The notes under the pieces were generated by a model that saw only the letters and a list, made by a program, of their open reading frames with translations, made no database searches and was not told where the DNA came from. Shown piece after piece: positions 1-8,746 of a DNA stretch of 64,000 bases. Origin of the DNA: Omnitrophica WOR_2 bacterium RIFOXYA2_FULL_38_17 (GTDB lineage: Bacteria > Omnitrophota > Gorgyraeia > Zapsychrales > Zapsychraceae); the NCBI GenBank assembly GCA_001805965.1, contig MHHG01000055.1, positions 3,680 through 67,679 of the forward strand, in the 5' to 3' direction. Made by a program: the position numbers and the translations under genes. How positions within the stretch are numbered: the stretch's first letter is position 1; the number at the start of each line of letters is the position of its first letter.

Positions 1-381
1 AGTCAATCGTCTTATAAAAGGCATCCCTTTTGAATCAGTCATTCTGTTCCCATTAACGACTATGTCTTTGTTATCCCGAGCAAAATCAATAAATTTTTCA
101 AAATCATCAACATCATGCTGGCCATCGCCATCAATCGTTATAACACCGTCAAAACCTTCCTTAATAGCATATTCAAATCCTTTGCGCAGAGAATAGCCCT
201 TTCCGCTCTTATTTTCATTAAGAATAACAACAGCGCCTTTATCCTTCGCTATCTTACCAGATCTATCTGCTGAGCCGTCATCAATAACAATAACAGCTTG
301 CTTTTTTTTTACCAAGGAACCAACAATGTCACCAATGGCGTTTTCTTCATTATGCACAGGGATTATTACACATATTCTCAT
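1..381 (-). CDS. Glycosyltransferase family 2 (DPM1/dolichol-phosphate-mannosyltransferase-like), 3' end outside window
   Basis: Manual translation of the minus strand from the ATG at 381-379 gives MRICVIIPVHNEENAIGDIVGSLV...IVIDDGSADRSG...VITIDGDGQHD. These are GT2 hallmarks (DxD-type DGS, DGDGQH). The start overlaps the upstream stop as ATGA. Confidence 0.6.
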   Translation of the reverse strand, partial: MRICVIIPVHNEENAIGDIVGSLVKKKQAVIVIDDGSADRSGKIAKDKGAVVILNENKSGKGYSLRKGFEYAIKEGFDGVITIDGDGQHDVDDFEKFIDFARDNKDIVVNGNRMTDSKGMPFIRRLT

Positions 382-1259
382 TTTACCCAAAACTCCCTAA
401 ACATTATCCATTGCTCAGGATTGCTGCTTATTATATTTTCTATTACCTTAAGATACTGCTTCATAAGGCCTTGAATTGCTTCATCTTTTTGCATCCTACC
501 GCTTCTTCTCTGCGGGTATATTGGCTCACAAAACGATAGAACAAATTTCTTTAACGAATTACCCGTCTCTTCATTTTTTCTTATCAAAAACACTGGAATA
601 ATTGGCGCTCCAGTTTTATTTGAAAAAACCGCAGCTCCTCTGGGAACAATAGTAGTCTTTCCAAAAAACTCTAGTGGCTGCCCTAAATTAGTAAAATCCC
701 TTTCGCCAAGAAGCGCGACTATTTCATTTCTGTCTAGAGCCTCTAAGCATCTTCTCGCAGCAAGGTTTGAGGGAATAATCTTTATACCCTTTTCCGACCT
801 TTGCTTATTGAACAGGTCATTTACTTGTTTTTCTTTATGAGGAAGAGCGATGCCATTAATAGGATACCCAAGCAGACTTAAGACTATGGCCCCAAGCTCC
901 CAATTACCAACATGGGCGGTTACAAGGATAGCTCCTTTGCCTAACTTCAGTGCCTTATCAAGATATTCAATATTCTCAAATTGAATATTATCCTTAACAA
1001 AGTCCTTTGTAACTTTTTTTCCGGTGAGAAAAAACTCGACCAAATACCGCCCAAAATTAATGAATATCTCTTTTGCCGTCCTATCAAGTTCATGCTCTCT
1101 ATGCAATATCATCTTAAGGTTATTCTTTACTGCTTTTTTGTCGACAACTGATAGTGCATACTGAACGCTTGAAATAAAACGCGCAATCCTGTATGACAAA
1201 CTAACCGGAACTCTATAAAGAATGAAAAGGCCGAACTTATACAAGAAATATTTAATCAT
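378..1259 (-). CDS. LpxL/HtrB-family lipid A (Kdo2-lipid IVA) late acyltransferase-like protein
   Basis: The 293-aa ORF has a hydrophobic N-terminal anchor and an HX4E acyltransferase motif (TAHVGNWELGA). Length and layout fit lysophospholipid/lipid A acyltransferases. Confidence 0.55.
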   Translation of the reverse strand: MIKYFLYKFGLFILYRVPVSLSYRIARFISSVQYALSVVDKKAVKNNLKMILHREHELDRTAKEIFINFGRYLVEFFLTGKKVTKDFVKDNIQFENIEYLDKALKLGKGAILVTAHVGNWELGAIVLSLLGYPINGIALPHKEKQVNDLFNKQRSEKGIKIIPSNLAARRCLEALDRNEIVALLGERDFTNLGQPLEFFGKTTIVPRGAAVFSNKTGAPIIPVFLIRKNEETGNSLKKFVLSFCEPIYPQRRSGRMQKDEAIQGLMKQYLKVIENIISSNPEQWIMFREFWVK

Positions 1260-1293
1260 AAAACAGATCTACAAAATAACCAAACGCTTAAAG

Positions 1294-2430
1294 TTAAGTA
1301 TGTTCCAATATTAGTTTTGCAATATCAAGCGAAGCATGTGGTTTAGCATTTTCATATGCTGCCTTGCTCATTGAATTTAGCCTGGCTGGAGATTTCAATA
1401 AAAGCTCAACTTCCTCGCCAATGTCCTTTGTGTCATCAATGCGAATAGCAACGCCTTTCTTTATAAGGAAATCAGTATTGCGCATTTCCTGGCCAGGAAC
1501 TGAATTAACAATCACCATCGGCAATCCTTTTGCCAAACACTCTGCAGATGTTATCCCGCCGGGCTTGGTAATAATTAAAGTAGCAAGGTCCATTAATTCA
1601 TCAATATTATGCGCAAATTCAAAAACCAAAATCTTCTTTTCGCTTTTTTTAACGCTGCTCTTGATCTTTTTAATTATCTTTTCATTTTTACCCGCTAGCA
1701 CAACAATCTGAAAATTCATTTCAACTTTGATTAAAGACTTTACAATGTTCTTGATAGGGCCTAAACCATGGCCACCGCCCATTATAAGTATTGTTGGCAC
1801 ATTAGAATCCAAACCTAATTTCTGTGCTATTGGCTCTTTATCCAGCTGCGAAGCAAATTTTCCCCTTATAGGTATGCCATATATCTTGACTGCATCCGGA
1901 GAAATACCTTTTGCGACCAATCTATCTTTTGCCTCGACTGAATGCACTATATAATAATCAACTCCTTGATTTATCCAAAATGAATGTGGCGCAAAATCAG
2001 TCAAAACTCCAACCAATACAGTGTCTAATTTATGCTCAACCTTATAATCAGCTACCATTCCGCACGGAAAAGCCTGCGTGCAAACAACAGCATTTGGGCT
2101 GTGCTTAGCAAAAAGCCTTCCGATCTTCTCATGACTTGTTTTGTGAAGGAAGTTCTTTATTGATTGAGATTTCTTAACAATCTTTGGATTGTCATAGAGA
2201 TAATCCCACACCTTTGGCGTGGTCTTTATAACACTCATATAAGTATTATGAACCACCTTTTCCAAAATGGGATAGGTGTAACCAAAACCATTAATAGCTG
2301 GCACTTCTATACCTGGGTCTAACTGACGCAAGGATTCCTGAATAGCAAGCGTAGCCTGCCTATGCCCAGAAACCTTGGTAATATACATTGATAAAACTCT
2401 TCGTTTTTTTTCTTTTTTATAAGGGTTCAT
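1294..2430 (-). CDS. GT28-type diacylglycerol glycosyltransferase (MGDG synthase / UgtP-like)
   Basis: The 378-aa ORF resembles MGDG synthase/UgtP: N-terminal TKVSGHRQA...AINGF, C-terminal GT-B fold (ILIMGGGHGLGP, ITKPGGITSAE). It overlaps the upstream gene as ATGA. Confidence 0.6.
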   Translation of the reverse strand: MNPYKKEKKRRVLSMYITKVSGHRQATLAIQESLRQLDPGIEVPAINGFGYTYPILEKVVHNTYMSVIKTTPKVWDYLYDNPKIVKKSQSIKNFLHKTSHEKIGRLFAKHSPNAVVCTQAFPCGMVADYKVEHKLDTVLVGVLTDFAPHSFWINQGVDYYIVHSVEAKDRLVAKGISPDAVKIYGIPIRGKFASQLDKEPIAQKLGLDSNVPTILIMGGGHGLGPIKNIVKSLIKVEMNFQIVVLAGKNEKIIKKIKSSVKKSEKKILVFEFAHNIDELMDLATLIITKPGGITSAECLAKGLPMVIVNSVPGQEMRNTDFLIKKGVAIRIDDTKDIGEEVELLLKSPARLNSMSKAAYENAKPHASLDIAKLILEHT

Positions 2431-2687
2431 TGAATTTCACTTTCATAATTCTTTTCTTCATCAATACAGGCAATAACTTGACCGACTTCAATTTCCTGCC
2501 CGACTGCGACAAGTATATTGCTTATATCTCCTGAAACATTTGTTGGCACATTAAATGTTGCTTTATCAGTAACAACTTCCACAATATCATCATCAGCATT
2601 AACATGGTCGCCTATATTATAATGAAAACAAGCTACCGTTGCTTTTTCAATATCTTCCCCTAATTCCGGCAACTTTATTTCCACCAT
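2427..2687 (-). CDS. Standalone lipoyl-attachment domain protein (E2-type lipoyl domain, 86 aa)
   Basis: MVEIKLPELGEDIEKATVACFHYNIGDHVNADDDIVEVVTDKATFNVPTNVSG matches PDH/OGDH E2 lipoyl domains, including the lipoyl-lysine in the TDKA motif. No E2 catalytic domain follows. Confidence 0.55.
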   Translation of the reverse strand: MVEIKLPELGEDIEKATVACFHYNIGDHVNADDDIVEVVTDKATFNVPTNVSGDISNILVAVGQEIEVGQVIACIDEEKNYESEIQ

Positions 2688-2691
2688 ATTA

Positions 2692-3351
2692 TTATTGTCC
2701 CTTTTTCATACCAAACTGGCTACAAAAACAATCTATTAATACCTGTTTAACTTCGTTTATTTCAATATCCCTGCCTAAAACCTGAGAAACTGATGTCATG
2801 CTAACATTCAATCCACAAGGGTTTATCATTGCAAAATGGTTTAAATCTGTATTAACATTAAGAGCTAAACCATGTATAGATACCCATTTACGAACACCTA
2901 TACCAATTGATGCTATTTTTTTATCACCAACCCATGCACCGGTCTTCCCCGACAATCTATTAGCCACTATATCAAAATCACTTAATAAATCAATCACAAC
3001 TTGTTCTAATTTAAACAAATATTTCCTCAAATCCTTTCCATAATTCGCTAAATTGAGAATAGGATATGCAACAAGCTGTCCCTTTGCATGCAAAGTAACG
3101 TCTCCGCCCCTATCAATACCCAACACATCTACACCGATCTCCTTTAATTTATCTTTTGAATAGAGGACATTGGACTCCTTTGCCAATCTTCCCATAGTAA
3201 GAACTGTTGGATGCTCGCAAAGAATTAATACCTGGTCTGAACCATCAAGAACTTCTTTCGCATACTTTTGCTGAAGAGCGTATGCCTCTTTGTAATCAAT
3301 TATCCCGAGATCAATAACTTTACAATTCATGATAAATCCTGCTTTTATCAA
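2692..3351 (-). CDS. lipB: Octanoyltransferase LipB (lipoyl(octanoyl) transferase)
   Basis: The 219-aa ORF has LipB family signatures (HPTVLTMGR, GGDVTLHAKGQLVAYP, C-terminal cysteine region). The true start may be M8 (MNCKV, coordinate 3330). Confidence 0.8.
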   Translation of the reverse strand: MIKAGFIMNCKVIDLGIIDYKEAYALQQKYAKEVLDGSDQVLILCEHPTVLTMGRLAKESNVLYSKDKLKEIGVDVLGIDRGGDVTLHAKGQLVAYPILNLANYGKDLRKYLFKLEQVVIDLLSDFDIVANRLSGKTGAWVGDKKIASIGIGVRKWVSIHGLALNVNTDLNHFAMINPCGLNVSMTSVSQVLGRDIEINEVKQVLIDCFCSQFGMKKGQ

Positions 3352-3366
3352 TAATTATCTATTCAA

Positions 3367-3408
3367 GAAAAAAAAGACCTTGTTCTTTAATATTCGAACA
3401 AGGCCTTA
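3367..3408 (-). terminator. Rho-independent terminator downstream of icd
   Basis: The minus strand reads AAGGCCTTGTTC-gaatattaaa-GAACAAGGTCTT followed by TTTTTTTTC. This is an 11-12 bp stem with one mismatch plus a U-tract, directly after the icd stop codon. Confidence 0.6.
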
Positions 3409-3423
3409 TTAAAATATTTATCA

Positions 3424-4629
3424 TTAGTTTAATTTATTAACTTCAGATTCCCAGCAAACCTTAAGCTCAGGATTATCTATCCATGAAAACAAATATTTGC
3501 AATATTCTTCTCCTGTAACTCCGGTATCTCTGCCAGTTATTACCATTTTCTTTTCAAATTGCCCGCACATTTCCAATGCCATTTCTATTTTCTCAGCAAT
3601 TTTTTGACGACCTATATGTCTCAGAAGCATAGCGCTTGCCCTGATCATAGAACAAGGATCTGCATAAATATCCCTTCCCTCCTTAACCATTCTGGGAGCA
3701 CTTCCATGAATAGCCTCGAACATTGACCACTTATCTCCTATATTTGCACTACCAGCTGTCCCAACGCCGCCTTGCATTTGCGCTGCTTCATCAGTCAAAA
3801 TATCCCCGTAAAGATTCGGCATAACCATCACCTTAAACTCTTGTCGACGTGCAGGATCTATCAATTTTGCTGTCATAATATCTATATACCATTCGTCAAC
3901 TTTTATGCCTGGATATTCTTTAGCCAACCTCTTTGCAACTTTTGAAAAACGTCCGTCAGTTGTTTTAACAACATTTGACTTAGTTATAACTGTAACTCTA
4001 TCAATATCATTATTTTTAGCATACTCAAGCGCCATTCTAATGATTCTTTCAGACCCCTGTTCAGTGATCACCTTAAAATCAATACTAAGGTCATCTGACA
4101 CATCAAACCCTTTTGAGCCTAAAACATATTCACCTTCTGTATTTTCCCTAAAAAAACACCAGTCAATGCCTTCCTGAGGGATTTTTACCGGACGAACATT
4201 CGCATAAAGATCAAGACTCCTTCTCATCGCCACATTCGCGCTCTCAATGTTGGGCCATTCATCACCTGTCTGGGGAGTTGTAGTAGGCCCCTTTAAAATA
4301 ACATGACAAGACTTAATCTCTTCTAAAACATCATCCGGAATCGCCTTTTTTTGTTTCGCCCTGTTCTCAATTGTTAATCCTGCAATATCCTTAAATTTAA
4401 TTTTGCCGCTTGCCACTTCATCTTTTAAAACATATTCTAAAACACTTTGCGCATGTTTAGAGATAATTTTCCCAATGCCATCCCCCCAACAGACACCGAT
4501 CTTTATTTGATCAAGCAGTGTAAAATCTGTTTTTTCACAACTCTTTTTCAAGGCTTCAACTCTTCCAAGCTGCTCTGTTAAAATAGCTTCAAATTTTTCT
4601 TTTGCTTTTTCAATTATTTTTTTTGACAT
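3424..4629 (-). CDS. icd: Isocitrate/isopropylmalate dehydrogenase family protein (likely isocitrate dehydrogenase)
   Basis: The 401-aa ORF carries the beta-decarboxylating dehydrogenase signature NLYGDILTDEAAQMQGGVGTAGSANIG and an N-terminal Rossmann-like GDGIG motif. Confidence 0.6.
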   Translation of the reverse strand: MSKKIIEKAKEKFEAILTEQLGRVEALKKSCEKTDFTLLDQIKIGVCWGDGIGKIISKHAQSVLEYVLKDEVASGKIKFKDIAGLTIENRAKQKKAIPDDVLEEIKSCHVILKGPTTTPQTGDEWPNIESANVAMRRSLDLYANVRPVKIPQEGIDWCFFRENTEGEYVLGSKGFDVSDDLSIDFKVITEQGSERIIRMALEYAKNNDIDRVTVITKSNVVKTTDGRFSKVAKRLAKEYPGIKVDEWYIDIMTAKLIDPARRQEFKVMVMPNLYGDILTDEAAQMQGGVGTAGSANIGDKWSMFEAIHGSAPRMVKEGRDIYADPCSMIRASAMLLRHIGRQKIAEKIEMALEMCGQFEKKMVITGRDTGVTGEEYCKYLFSWIDNPELKVCWESEVNKLN

Positions 4630-4721
4630 GTTTTTCTCATTATAGAAATAAAAGATACTCTATTTAATATTATTCTTAACTGGTCTTGATTTAAATAAAA
4701 CAAAGAATAGAAAAAAGAAGA

Positions 4722-5777
4722 TTACTTCTTAATTAGCTGCTTGAACTCTTCAACATTCGCTACATGCTTCATAGCTTCTTCATAAGTTATGACCCCTTGC
4801 TTATAAAGCAATCTCAAAGACATATCCATTGTATGCATACCAAAGCTTGAGCCTGTTTGTATAGAAGTAGGGATTTGCTCCGTAGCTCTCTCTCTGATTA
4901 AATTACGTATGGCTGGCGTAGCAATTAAAACTTCCGTCGCAACAACACGCCCTAAACCATCCGCTCGCACAACTAGCTTCTGCGAGACAATCCCTTGCAA
5001 ACAAGTAGACAACTGCAAACGTATTTGTTGTTGTTGATGAGATGGGAAAACATCAATAACGCGTTCTATAGTTTGAGCAGTATCTGGCGTATGCAAAGTT
5101 GCAAAAACCAAATGCCCTGTTTCAGCTGCTGTGAGAGCAGTTGAAATTGTTTCTAGGTCTCTCATCTCTCCCACAACAATAACATCAGGATCCTGCCTCA
5201 AACATCTTTTAAGCGCTTCTGAAAATGACAAAGTATCAGAATATAATTCTCTTTGCTTAATAACCGCCTTCTTATTTGTGTGCATATACTCAATAGGATC
5301 TTCAACGCAAATGATCATACAGGGATTTTCCTCATTGATCAATTGTATCATGGCTGCAAGAGAAGTTGTTTTACCTGAACCTGTTGGCCCAGTGATCAAG
5401 ACAAGCCCATTAGGCCTTCTTGAGAACTCAATAACTGAAGGCGGCAGCCCTAAATCATTTATTGAAGGAATAAATAAAGGTATCCTTCTTAGAGCGGCTT
5501 CAACTGAACCTTTTTGCAAATGGACATTAACCCTAAATCTGTCAATGCCTTCAAACTCCAATGAAAAATCTAATTCTTTATCACGTTCAAATTTTTCCTT
5601 CTGAACATCAGACAAAACACCATAAATACACTTCTTCAACTCTTCTCTTGTTAAAATTTTTTTATCAGTTATAACTAATCTTCCGTCAATTCTTAAAATT
5701 GGAGGGCTATTTTCTGTAAGATGCAAATCAGATGCTTTTTTCTCGACTGCTAATTTAAGTAGTTCTTTAAGATCCAC
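4722..5777 (-). CDS. pilT: Type IV pilus retraction ATPase PilT
   Basis: The 351-aa ORF has Walker A GPTGSGKTTSLAAMI, Asp/His boxes and the PilT-specific AIRNLIRE motif. Confidence 0.9.
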   Translation of the reverse strand: MDLKELLKLAVEKKASDLHLTENSPPILRIDGRLVITDKKILTREELKKCIYGVLSDVQKEKFERDKELDFSLEFEGIDRFRVNVHLQKGSVEAALRRIPLFIPSINDLGLPPSVIEFSRRPNGLVLITGPTGSGKTTSLAAMIQLINEENPCMIICVEDPIEYMHTNKKAVIKQRELYSDTLSFSEALKRCLRQDPDVIVVGEMRDLETISTALTAAETGHLVFATLHTPDTAQTIERVIDVFPSHQQQQIRLQLSTCLQGIVSQKLVVRADGLGRVVATEVLIATPAIRNLIRERATEQIPTSIQTGSSFGMHTMDMSLRLLYKQGVITYEEAMKHVANVEEFKQLIKK

Positions 5778-5819
5778 TTTTATGCTCCTGATAAGATGAT
5801 TTATTTAGGTGAGTAGTTG

Positions 5820-6986
5820 TTAAGCCTGCTTTTTGATCCACTCTTTTATACGTTTTGTTCCTTCTGCGATCCTCTCGCAAGAAGTTGCAAAACTCAAACG
5901 CATAAAACCTGGAGAACCAAAACTGTCCCCTGGGATCATTGCAACATTAACATCATTCAAGATATTTTTTGCCACTTCAAGGGATTCCCCCAACTTAGAA
6001 AAATCACAGAAGAGATAAAAAGCTCCTTGAGGCATAATATAACTTATCTCATCAACTTCGTCAAAAGCAGATGTAATAAGGTCACGCCTTTTCTTAAATT
6101 CTTTTCTCATTTCCGTAAAATATTCTTTTGTCTCACTTAAAGACTGCAGGGCAGCTTTTTGACTAATAGATGATGGGCATGAAGTTGAGTGATCTTGTAA
6201 TTTAGTAATATACCCAAGAATCTCCTCGCTTGCGGCACAATAACCAATTCTCCAACCTGTCATAGCCGCTGACTTTGAGACGCCATTAACAGTTATTGTT
6301 AAATCATAAATCTCTTTGCCTAAAGAAGCTATAGAAACGCATTCCTCAGATCCATAAACAAACTGTTCATAGATCTCATCACTTATAACATAAACATTGT
6401 TTTTAACACAAATATCTGCGATTGATTGCAGTTCTGGTTTTGAATACAGCATACCTGTCGGGTTTGAAGGAGAATTCAGAATCAAAAGTTTTGTTTTATC
6501 GGTAATACTCTTTTCTAACTGTTTTGCTGTGATTTTGAAATTTGTATCCGCGCTGGTTTCGATAAATTTTGATGTAGCCCCAGACAGCTTTACCATTTCA
6601 GGATAGCTGACCCAATATGGGGTTGGGATCAAAACCTCTTCTCCAACATCAGTCAAAACCTGGATTATGCAAAACAAGGAATGCTTTGCCCCGCAAGAAA
6701 CAGCGATCTGTGATGGTTTATATACAAGATTATTATCTCTTTTAAATTTATCACAAATAGCTTGCCTTAATTCAATGGCACCAACGCTTGGTGTATATTT
6801 GGTATAATCATCACAAATAGCTTTAATAGCAGCATATTTAATATGCTGAGGAGTTCCAAAATCAGGCTCACCTGCCGCGAAGTTTACAACATCAAAGCCT
6901 TTTGCCCTTAATTCTTTTGCTCTTGCCGTAATTGCTAAAGTTGATGAAGCCTCAAGATCCTTTACTCTGCCATTAACTTTTAACAT
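5820..6986 (-). CDS. PLP-dependent aminotransferase class I/II (aspartate aminotransferase-like)
   Basis: The 388-aa ORF has a PLP-lysine region (VNGVSKSAAMTGWRIGY) and an NSPSNPTG motif. Confidence 0.75.
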   Translation of the reverse strand: MLKVNGRVKDLEASSTLAITARAKELRAKGFDVVNFAAGEPDFGTPQHIKYAAIKAICDDYTKYTPSVGAIELRQAICDKFKRDNNLVYKPSQIAVSCGAKHSLFCIIQVLTDVGEEVLIPTPYWVSYPEMVKLSGATSKFIETSADTNFKITAKQLEKSITDKTKLLILNSPSNPTGMLYSKPELQSIADICVKNNVYVISDEIYEQFVYGSEECVSIASLGKEIYDLTITVNGVSKSAAMTGWRIGYCAASEEILGYITKLQDHSTSCPSSISQKAALQSLSETKEYFTEMRKEFKKRRDLITSAFDEVDEISYIMPQGAFYLFCDFSKLGESLEVAKNILNDVNVAMIPGDSFGSPGFMRLSFATSCERIAEGTKRIKEWIKKQA

Positions 6987-6999
6987 AACAAGTTAGCCC

Positions 7000-7620
7000 C
7001 TATTTCCCGGAAGATTTCTTGTTAAACATTTTTCTTATTCCGCTAAATCTCTGCGTAGACTTGTCTTTTTCCTTGCCGTCTACTCCCTTTTTAATCTCAA
7101 CCTTCAGTTGATCTTTTTTCTTTAAAGGTTCATTTGCCTCATCTTTTAGCGGTACTTTTAAAGCTTTATGTGTTTTAGTTATAACTTCAGCCTGTTCAGG
7201 CGCTACTTTTTCTACTTTAGTTTTTGAAGAAGCTTTCACTTTAGGCTTACTTACAACAATTGCCTTTTTTTCAGTTAGCTCAAGAAAAACAAGCTCAGCA
7301 TTATCACCTTTTCTTGTTCCAATCGGAATTATTCTTGTATATCCACCTTGCCTCTCTTTAAAACGAGGAGCAATGTCTGAAAATAATGCACTGACCAATC
7401 TATGATTACATAGGACGGCATATGCACGTCGCTTCTCAGCCAACGTACCTTTTTTCCCCATAGTAATAAGTTTATCAACTAATTTTCTTGCTTCCTTAGC
7501 CTTGGCTTTTGTAGTACTTATCCTATCTTTCAACAAAGCAGCTTTTGCAATATCTCGCATTGTTGCTTTTCTAAGACTAGAATTCCTACTTAATCTATTT
7601 CCTGAAATACCGTGTCGCAT
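7000..7620 (-). CDS. rplQ: 50S ribosomal protein L17 with ~85-aa lysine-rich C-terminal extension
   Basis: The L17 core (MRHGISGNRLSRNSSLRKA...GYTRIIPIGTRKGDNAELVFLEL) is followed by a K-rich tail. It is the last gene of the alpha operon. Confidence 0.9.
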   Translation of the reverse strand: MRHGISGNRLSRNSSLRKATMRDIAKAALLKDRISTTKAKAKEARKLVDKLITMGKKGTLAEKRRAYAVLCNHRLVSALFSDIAPRFKERQGGYTRIIPIGTRKGDNAELVFLELTEKKAIVVSKPKVKASSKTKVEKVAPEQAEVITKTHKALKVPLKDEANEPLKKKDQLKVEIKKGVDGKEKDKSTQRFSGIRKMFNKKSSGK

Positions 7621-7691
7621 CTAATTTCCTTTATATTTACTAATACTAATTATTTTCAATCCTATAAACTGAGGGAGGCCAAAAGAAAAAA

Positions 7692-8681
7692 TTAATCTTT
7701 TTTTCTTAGCTTTTTAGCATCCACTTTCATACCTAAATTAATACCCATTACCTTCAAAAGGTCATTAATTTCAGTTAGTGATTTTTTACCAAAATTCCTG
7801 AACGTCAGAAGTTCCGACTCAGTCTTTTTAACTAATTCAGCAATTGTTTTTATATTTGCATCTTTTAAACAATTTGCACTTCTCACAGATAACTCAAGCT
7901 CAGAAATAGGCAATCTTAGCTTTTCGTATAAAGATTGCTCTTCCGCTGATACTTCTTCTTCCTCTTCTTCTTCTTCAGGAAGCTGCCCGTAACTTACGAA
8001 AATATCTAAATGCCTTTGTAAAATATTGGCACTATAAAGAATAGCCTCTTTTGGATTGATGCTTCCATTTGTCCATATTTCAATTAGCAAACAATCATAA
8101 TCAGTTTTCTGTCCAACTCTAGTATTCTCAACGTCAAATTTAACCCTAGTAATTGGAGTGAAAATTGAATCAATTGGAATAGTTCCAACTGTAGCATCCT
8201 TTTTATTTAGCTCTGCTGGGACATATCCACGACCGCGAGATACTTCCATCTCTATTGAAAAAGAAGCGTCTCTTGATAATGTTGCAATATGAAGTCCTGG
8301 ATTCAATATTTCCACTGTCTCATCACAAATAATATCTGCAGCTGTTACTTCGCCCTTTTTATCGACTTTGATATAAATTGGCTTCGGTACTTTAGAATGA
8401 GATCGTAGGACCAATCTCTTAAGATTAAGAATGATCTCAGATACTGATTCCATAACACCAGGAATAGTTGAATACTCATGAGGAGCTCCTTCAACCTTTA
8501 TCGATGTTACTGCACTGCCTTCAATAGAGGATAACAATGCACGTCTAAGGGAGTTTCCTAAGGTAATACCATAACCTCTTTCGAATGGCTCGGCAATAAA
8601 TTTACCATAAGTATCTGTATAAGTTGCTTCATCACAATCTAGCCTTTTAGGCATCTGAAAATCGCGCCATTTGACTCCCAT
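7692..8681 (-). CDS. rpoA: DNA-directed RNA polymerase alpha subunit
   Basis: The 329-aa ORF has conserved N- and C-terminal alpha-subunit domains, with a poly-Glu (EEEEEEEE) linker between them. Confidence 0.95.
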   Translation of the reverse strand: MGVKWRDFQMPKRLDCDEATYTDTYGKFIAEPFERGYGITLGNSLRRALLSSIEGSAVTSIKVEGAPHEYSTIPGVMESVSEIILNLKRLVLRSHSKVPKPIYIKVDKKGEVTAADIICDETVEILNPGLHIATLSRDASFSIEMEVSRGRGYVPAELNKKDATVGTIPIDSIFTPITRVKFDVENTRVGQKTDYDCLLIEIWTNGSINPKEAILYSANILQRHLDIFVSYGQLPEEEEEEEEVSAEEQSLYEKLRLPISELELSVRSANCLKDANIKTIAELVKKTESELLTFRNFGKKSLTEINDLLKVMGINLGMKVDAKKLRKKD

Positions 8682-8712
8682 TTGTTCCTCCTAAATTTTG
8701 TTTTAATCTTTC

Positions 8713-8733
8713 CTGCAATATTCTATATTGCAG
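8713..8733 (-). promoter_or_regulatory. Perfect 9-3-9 inverted repeat (CTGCAATAT-tct-ATATTGCAG) between rpsD and rpoA
   Basis: The palindrome is read directly from the sequence. It lies about 30 nt upstream of the rpoA GGAGG SD and has no U-tract, so it is a candidate processing, attenuation or operator site. Confidence 0.35.
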
Positions 8734-8746
8734 AAGTTAAAATTTT

